The translations under genes and the position numbers were made by a program. Source: Eledone cirrhosa (Eukaryota). From it: a stretch of DNA of 64,000 nucleotides. The notes beneath the pieces are model-generated. The model was not told where the DNA came from, did no database searches, and was given only the letters and a program-made list of their open reading frames with translations. Positions 58,453 to 64,000 of the stretch are shown piece after piece; position 1 is the first letter of the stretch; every line of letters starts with the position of its first letter. The stretch lies in contig OZ024741.1 in NCBI GenBank assembly GCA_964016885.1, positions 53,692,001 through 53,756,000 on the forward strand, given 5' to 3'.

Positions 58453-58455
<3 letters not shown>
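58259..58455. repeat. Family I fold-back
   Basis: Arms 58259-58315 and 58323-58379. Confidence 0.85.
58271..58321 (-). ncRNA. Minimal type I hammerhead ribozyme
   Basis: Minus strand: agattc-CTGATGA-tttc taaa gaat-GAA-acag ttctagtc ctgt-A-gaatct (GUA site). Confidence 0.78.
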
Positions 58456-58548
<93 letters not shown>

Positions 58549-58980
58549 AATATATGTATATATATAGAGAGAGAGAGAGGGAGAGGGAGAGAGATAGATA
58601 GATAGATTTAGATTTAGATATATAAATATATATATATATGCGTGAGTGTATATATATATATATATATACACTCACGCATATTTATATATATATATATATG
58701 TGTTTGTGTGTGTGTATTATTTTATAATTTATATTGCCTGGTGATTCTGTCTAAAACATTGTGAGAATTACAATTACATAGTGTGTGTTCCATGCAATGA
58801 ATACCAAACAGTTGTATTTCGTTGACTTGGAATATATTGTGATATTTCCATTCCTTATTGCTTTCTTTATACATATGTATTGTAAACATGCACACACACA
58901 CAGGTGTATACAAAGATATGTATATATATTTAAGTATATACACATACACCCACGCATTCACACACGGACATACACAAACA

Positions 58981-59021
<41 letters not shown>

Positions 59022-59053
59022 TCATGAGGGTTTTAGATCTGTGAGTTCTTGCA

Positions 59054-59126
<73 letters not shown>

Positions 59127-60401
59127 GTATATTAAATGTGTGTAACTACATTTTTAAAACGTCCCTTTGTCCAGATTGAGTTCTGAAGTAACAAAGAAAT
59201 GGTTTAAAAATAAACGATTTATTATGAAATCTATGCATATATATATGAAGGCTCTCTCTTCACAGCCACTCTCGGACTACTAACATATCGAGGAATTAAA
59301 GAACTGGAAAAGTATTGCATATGAAGCTGATAGAAATGTCGTATAGATGCTAATATTGTGAATAAATGAATGAGTGATGGATTGATTGCGTTGGAAACAA
59401 GTTGAATAAAATGACATTGAATCCCTTCTCCCACCTTAGCTACCTTTGTACGTAAATTAGAAACCACTCTTTACATTTGTATGTAGATATAAAAATATGT
59501 GAATTCAGACATTGTATACATAGCTATTATTGTATAGGCAGGTATTCAGTTATCAATTCTGAAATGTTTAATACCTTCCTTAATGTATTTCTGAGGAAAT
59601 ACAATCTATTTTAATATATGGAGATTTTGGAGGGATTTTCGAAAATTATTAATTATTTCATTGCTAAGACATTATTTTTCAGACAACTTAACAAAAGTTT
59701 CCGATATAAAATTATGTTGGAAGATTTTTAAATGGTTGGTTTCGTTTTATATATCAGAATTGCGTGTGTTGGTATCAAAAGAGTTAAAACTAACTTCAAT
59801 GACTGCCCAAGTTTAAATGTTTCCTCATTTTATGGGGTTCCTCTAAAAACCGGCGGTATTGCTCTAAGCAGTCTAATTTTCACACAATAAAATTACGAGA
59901 AAGCCTCGCCTATTCAGTAAAGAGCTGCATCGGAGGAAGTGTGGGCATCGACTGAATATTACAAATTTGTCACAAACGTCCATATATAAATTCCAGGGGG
60001 AATCGTGTACTATGCTTTAAAACTTCTGCCAAAACACAGTCCTTCCGAAGAAATAATTACATTATTAACAAACAACTTATATTAGATGCTTTGTGTTTGA
60101 AAATTTTAAAATGAATCGTGAAACATATATATGGGAGATTGTGCGTATATAAACACATGTATCCGTATGTGGATATGTGGTCAGAATACATTACAAATAT
60201 ATCAATAACAACATACACACTGATCGTGTCAATGTGACATATATATGTGTGTAAACTCAGGTGTCAGGCGCCTTTCATTTTCTAAGCCAAACACATCTTC
60301 TCTTATTCATCGCACCAGTACACACATTTCTTTCTCGCCTCATATCTCTCTTAATCTCTTTGTAGAAGTCTATTTATCTATCGCATATACATAGAAATAC
60401 C

Positions 60402-60516
<115 letters not shown>

Positions 60517-60959
60517 TATATATGAATATATATGTATATACATATGCATTTATAGAAATATATATACACATATAACCCTAAAAATATATGTCTATAAATT
60601 TTATTTAAATATATGTACACATATACACCTATATATATATATATATATATATATATCCACACACGCACATTTATGTAGATAATATACACATACATATAAA
60701 TCATATATGTCTCTTCTTTTCTATTGAACGTTTTTGGACATTTACCAAATGGACATTTTAAAATAATTGCCCAAGCTATTATACTTTGCCTATTACAATC
60801 ATATATGCATATATGTGAATCTGTGTGTGATTATACGCGCGCGTGTGTGTGTGTGTATGTTTCTGTTCTTATGCTTGTGTATGTGCACGCGCGCGTGTGT
60901 CTAAGAATATATCGGTTGAATTATATTGCATTAGACGTTTGTAGATATATAGAAAATGA

Positions 60960-60995
<36 letters not shown>

Positions 60996-61344
60996 CAGAC
61001 TGTCGTGTAGCCAATCATGTTGCTAAGTAAATAGGGGAGACCTAATAAGATCGAAATATTTCCGTTGTTTTCCCCAAATTGGTTTCTAAACAAGGTGCTC
61101 TCCCTGGATTAGCTAAAACTAAAAGTGTCCTTTGACTAATTCTCTCATTCTGATCAAATCAAACGGGTGTCTTAGTGTTAATATTACGTTGATATTCTCT
61201 GTTGGTTGTAAATTATTTTACCACTCGCTATATTAAAAATACAAGACTCTGCGTGTATGTATTTATGTCTGTATGTATGCATTTATGTATGTATGTATGT
61301 ATGTGTGTGTGTATGTATTTATGTGTGTATGTATGTATGTACAC

Positions 61345-61550
61345 ATTTGTCAGGGCATTCTTCTAGGAGAGGGCAACTCAGGAAACTGGGATAACTCCGA
61401 CATAAAGCCTGCGGCTCAGTAGCTACCGTCGCTACTGTCGGGTTATCGCTACTCTCGCCCAGAGGGTGGGATTGGCTCAGTGCACCGTCTTTCATCACAA
61501 AAAATTCTTCATGTTCAGGCATTGCACGATAGCATTAATTGATAAATATT
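61345..61550 (+). mobile_element. RTE-derived repeat fragment
   Basis: Matches 47000-47215. Confidence 0.65.
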
Positions 61551-61701
61551 AATAATGTTATACCGTGCAATGGCTATACACGATAACGAGAGGGGGGGGG
61601 GGGGCAGGCATCATGTATGCATCATGTATGCATGTATGTATCCATGTATGTAGGTATGTATACATCTGTGTACGTACGTTCTAGTTTTATTACTTTATAA
61701 G

Positions 61702-61920
61702 GGTGGTGGATTGGCAGTATCTGTAGAGCATCAGTCAAAATGTTTTGTGGCATATAGTTATTGTCCTTTACGTTCTGAGTTCAAATCATGTCGAGGTTAG
61801 CTTTGCTTTTCATCCTTACGAGGTTAATAAAATAAAGTACTAGTAACGCACTTGGGTCGATTAAATCGACATTCGCCTCACCCCAAATATTGTTGGCATT
61901 GTGCCTAAATCAGAAACCAT
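61702..61920 (+). mobile_element. tRNA-derived SINE
   Basis: Same family as 53188. Confidence 0.8.
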
Positions 61921-61939
61921 TTTTTATAAATCTTCACCA

Positions 61940-62610
61940 ATAGTGCCAAGACTCATTGGAATTTAGACAACAGCTCGACCAGCACCGTCTTGCCTGTTTT
62001 GGAGCGGCCTCCAAATCCCACAGTGGTGCCTGGCTCCTTGCCCTGCCCTCCTTCTCCACTGGCACGCAGCTAGACACCGTGGACTCTTTCGGCCTCCACG
62101 CGCTTTCCTGTTGCCACAGTGCCGGCCGCCTTCCACGCCATGCTGCCCTCAACGATGTCATAAACCATGGCTTGGACGCTGCAGGCTTCCTTTCCCAGCT
62201 CGAGCTTCTTGGGCTGGACAGAGGGGACGGCGAAAGGCCAGATGGCATGACCATCTTCTCGTTCCGTGGTGGCAAACTCCTCGTCTGGGATGCCACTTGC
62301 ACGGACACTCTCTGCAGCCGTAACCTGGTGCAGTGTGCGACTAACCCAGGTTCTGCTGCACGTCGGGCTGAGGAGGCCAAACTCTTCAAATACCGGTCGC
62401 TCTCCGACAGGTTTGTGGCTGTACCCTTGGCAGCGGAAACTTCTGGTGTCCTCGGCCCTAGGGCTACCTCACTACTCACCACCATAGGCGCTGAGCTGGC
62501 CAGCCGCAGGTGTGAGCCCCGCGAGTTGGAGTGGCTTTTTCAGCGCGTCTCCCTTGCCGTCCTCCGGGGAAACGCCTTCTCTATTCTGTCCGCCGCGGCT
62601 GTGGGGAGAC
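61940..62610 (+). mobile_element. CRE-like LINE 3' fragment (RLE domain)
   Basis: ORF 61956-62642: SGAWLLALP, RHAALND, RPDGMT, LVWDATC, AEEAKLFKY, ETSG, FQRVSLAVLRGNA. Confidence 0.88.
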
Positions 62611-62829
62611 AAGCTGATTATATTAGAAATTGTGTTGAATAGTCTTAAATACAATTTACTGTAGAGCGGCTCACAGATAGCTACATATTGGTAAATATAT
62701 ATGTATATATGTGATTGTGTGTGTGGGTAGGTATGGATGTTATTGCATGTGCGTATCTCTTTTTTTTTACTTTTATATGTACACCTGTATATGTCTCTGT
62801 ATCTATATATATGTATATACAGTTACATG

Positions 62830-63345
62830 AAGCATATCTCAGATGTTTTTTTCATATAGTTACGGTCCCGTTAATAGACTGTACTTGCAACTTACTAACT
62901 AGCCGTGCCCATTCTGGTTCTGTGAAGTCCAGCTTTTTAAGATTGTACTGAGATAATTAGTAACATATCCTAGAGCCCAAATGATCACAGGTAAAAATGT
63001 AAACGCATAGTCAGTGTGGTGTATCTGCAATTTCCTTATTAGACTAGCATAATTGTTCTCTTTTTCGCTAATCTCTGGGTTAACAATTCTACGGAGTGTA
63101 TTGTATTATTTTTTGGTCACGATATCATATCTCTTTAGACAGTTGCCTATGATTAGGGTGACATCTTCGATGTTTATTTCCTAAAGTCTGCATTTGTTTT
63201 CATATCTATTTCCTGTTCTTGTATTGCAAAAGTATATATTTCTAAGTGAGAGCCACCGTACCGGTTGTTGGTCAAAGATAGACAGCTTTGCTTATCTATA
63301 TTGTTCTCAATTTCAAACCTCCTGGCAACATAGCCAAGCATCAGT
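62830..63345 (-). mobile_element. Older, internally deleted R4/Dong-like copy
   Basis: Similar to 44690-44960 and 45250-45495, followed by (TATG)n. Confidence 0.7.
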
Positions 63346-63533
63346 TTTCACATGTATGTATGTGCATATGTATGTATGTATGTATGCATGTATGTATGTA
63401 TTTATCTATGTATATGTATGTACAAATACATGTGTATATATGCATGTATAATTATATTAATACATATACAAATGTGTGTGTATACACGTATATACACATA
63501 TAGACCCTCTCTCTCTCTCACACACACACACAC

Positions 63534-63607
<74 letters not shown>

Positions 63608-64000
63608 CCATACATATGTACATATACACATACACACATATATACTTATATATTTGCGTGAATTGTAATATAGGGAAAAACATATTCAATAGTGTTAAGT
63701 AGAATGGAATAACATATATTGGAATCTCTGTCTGCCTACAGTCATTTTATAAACGTGATACAATGCAATAAGTAATCTACGCTGGCTACATTACGTTGAA
63801 TATATTTTTTTATACTGGCACCCTTTTGCTGTGTCCCTCCACCATTGTGACACACGTCTACCACTCAGAATCCATATAATAATCTCTTATGCAAACTATG
63901 CTACTTTGAGCTTTATTTTCCCTGGCACTAATATTTTTTTAATTTAATCTACATACATTCACACACATACACTCACGAGCACACACACACACAAACACAA

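Noticed and set aside
59500-59787. piggyBac-like MITE end (ggtatcaaaagagTTAA)
   Set aside because: Only one degenerate end seen and no matching left TIR identified.

Overview
Eukaryotic, AT-rich, microsatellite-dense and essentially gene-free DNA. The SINE families look like those I recall from Octopus genomes (recognition only, not verified). Almost all listed ORFs are (TA)n/(CA)n artefacts. The real coding content is transposon-derived: a near full-length Tx1-clade LINE (25.1-30.8 kb) plus a 5'-truncated copy, several Penelope-like elements (PLEs; RT + GIY-YIG), R4/Dong-like and CRE-like RLE LINE fragments, a decayed CR1-like LINE, RTE-derived repeats, mariner/Tc1 relics and tRNA-SINEs. The most striking hidden layer is a set of about ten unrelated short repeat families, mostly inserted in (TA)n and often folded back as inverted duplications, that carry type I hammerhead ribozyme (HHR) or HHR-like motifs. 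They include retrozyme-like non-coding units with periods of 705, 316 and 172 bp, U3-A8 and U4A core variants, giant stem II insertions, and a hammerhead-shaped motif with a non-canonical AGAANUA core. All RNA structures were paired by eye and are untested.
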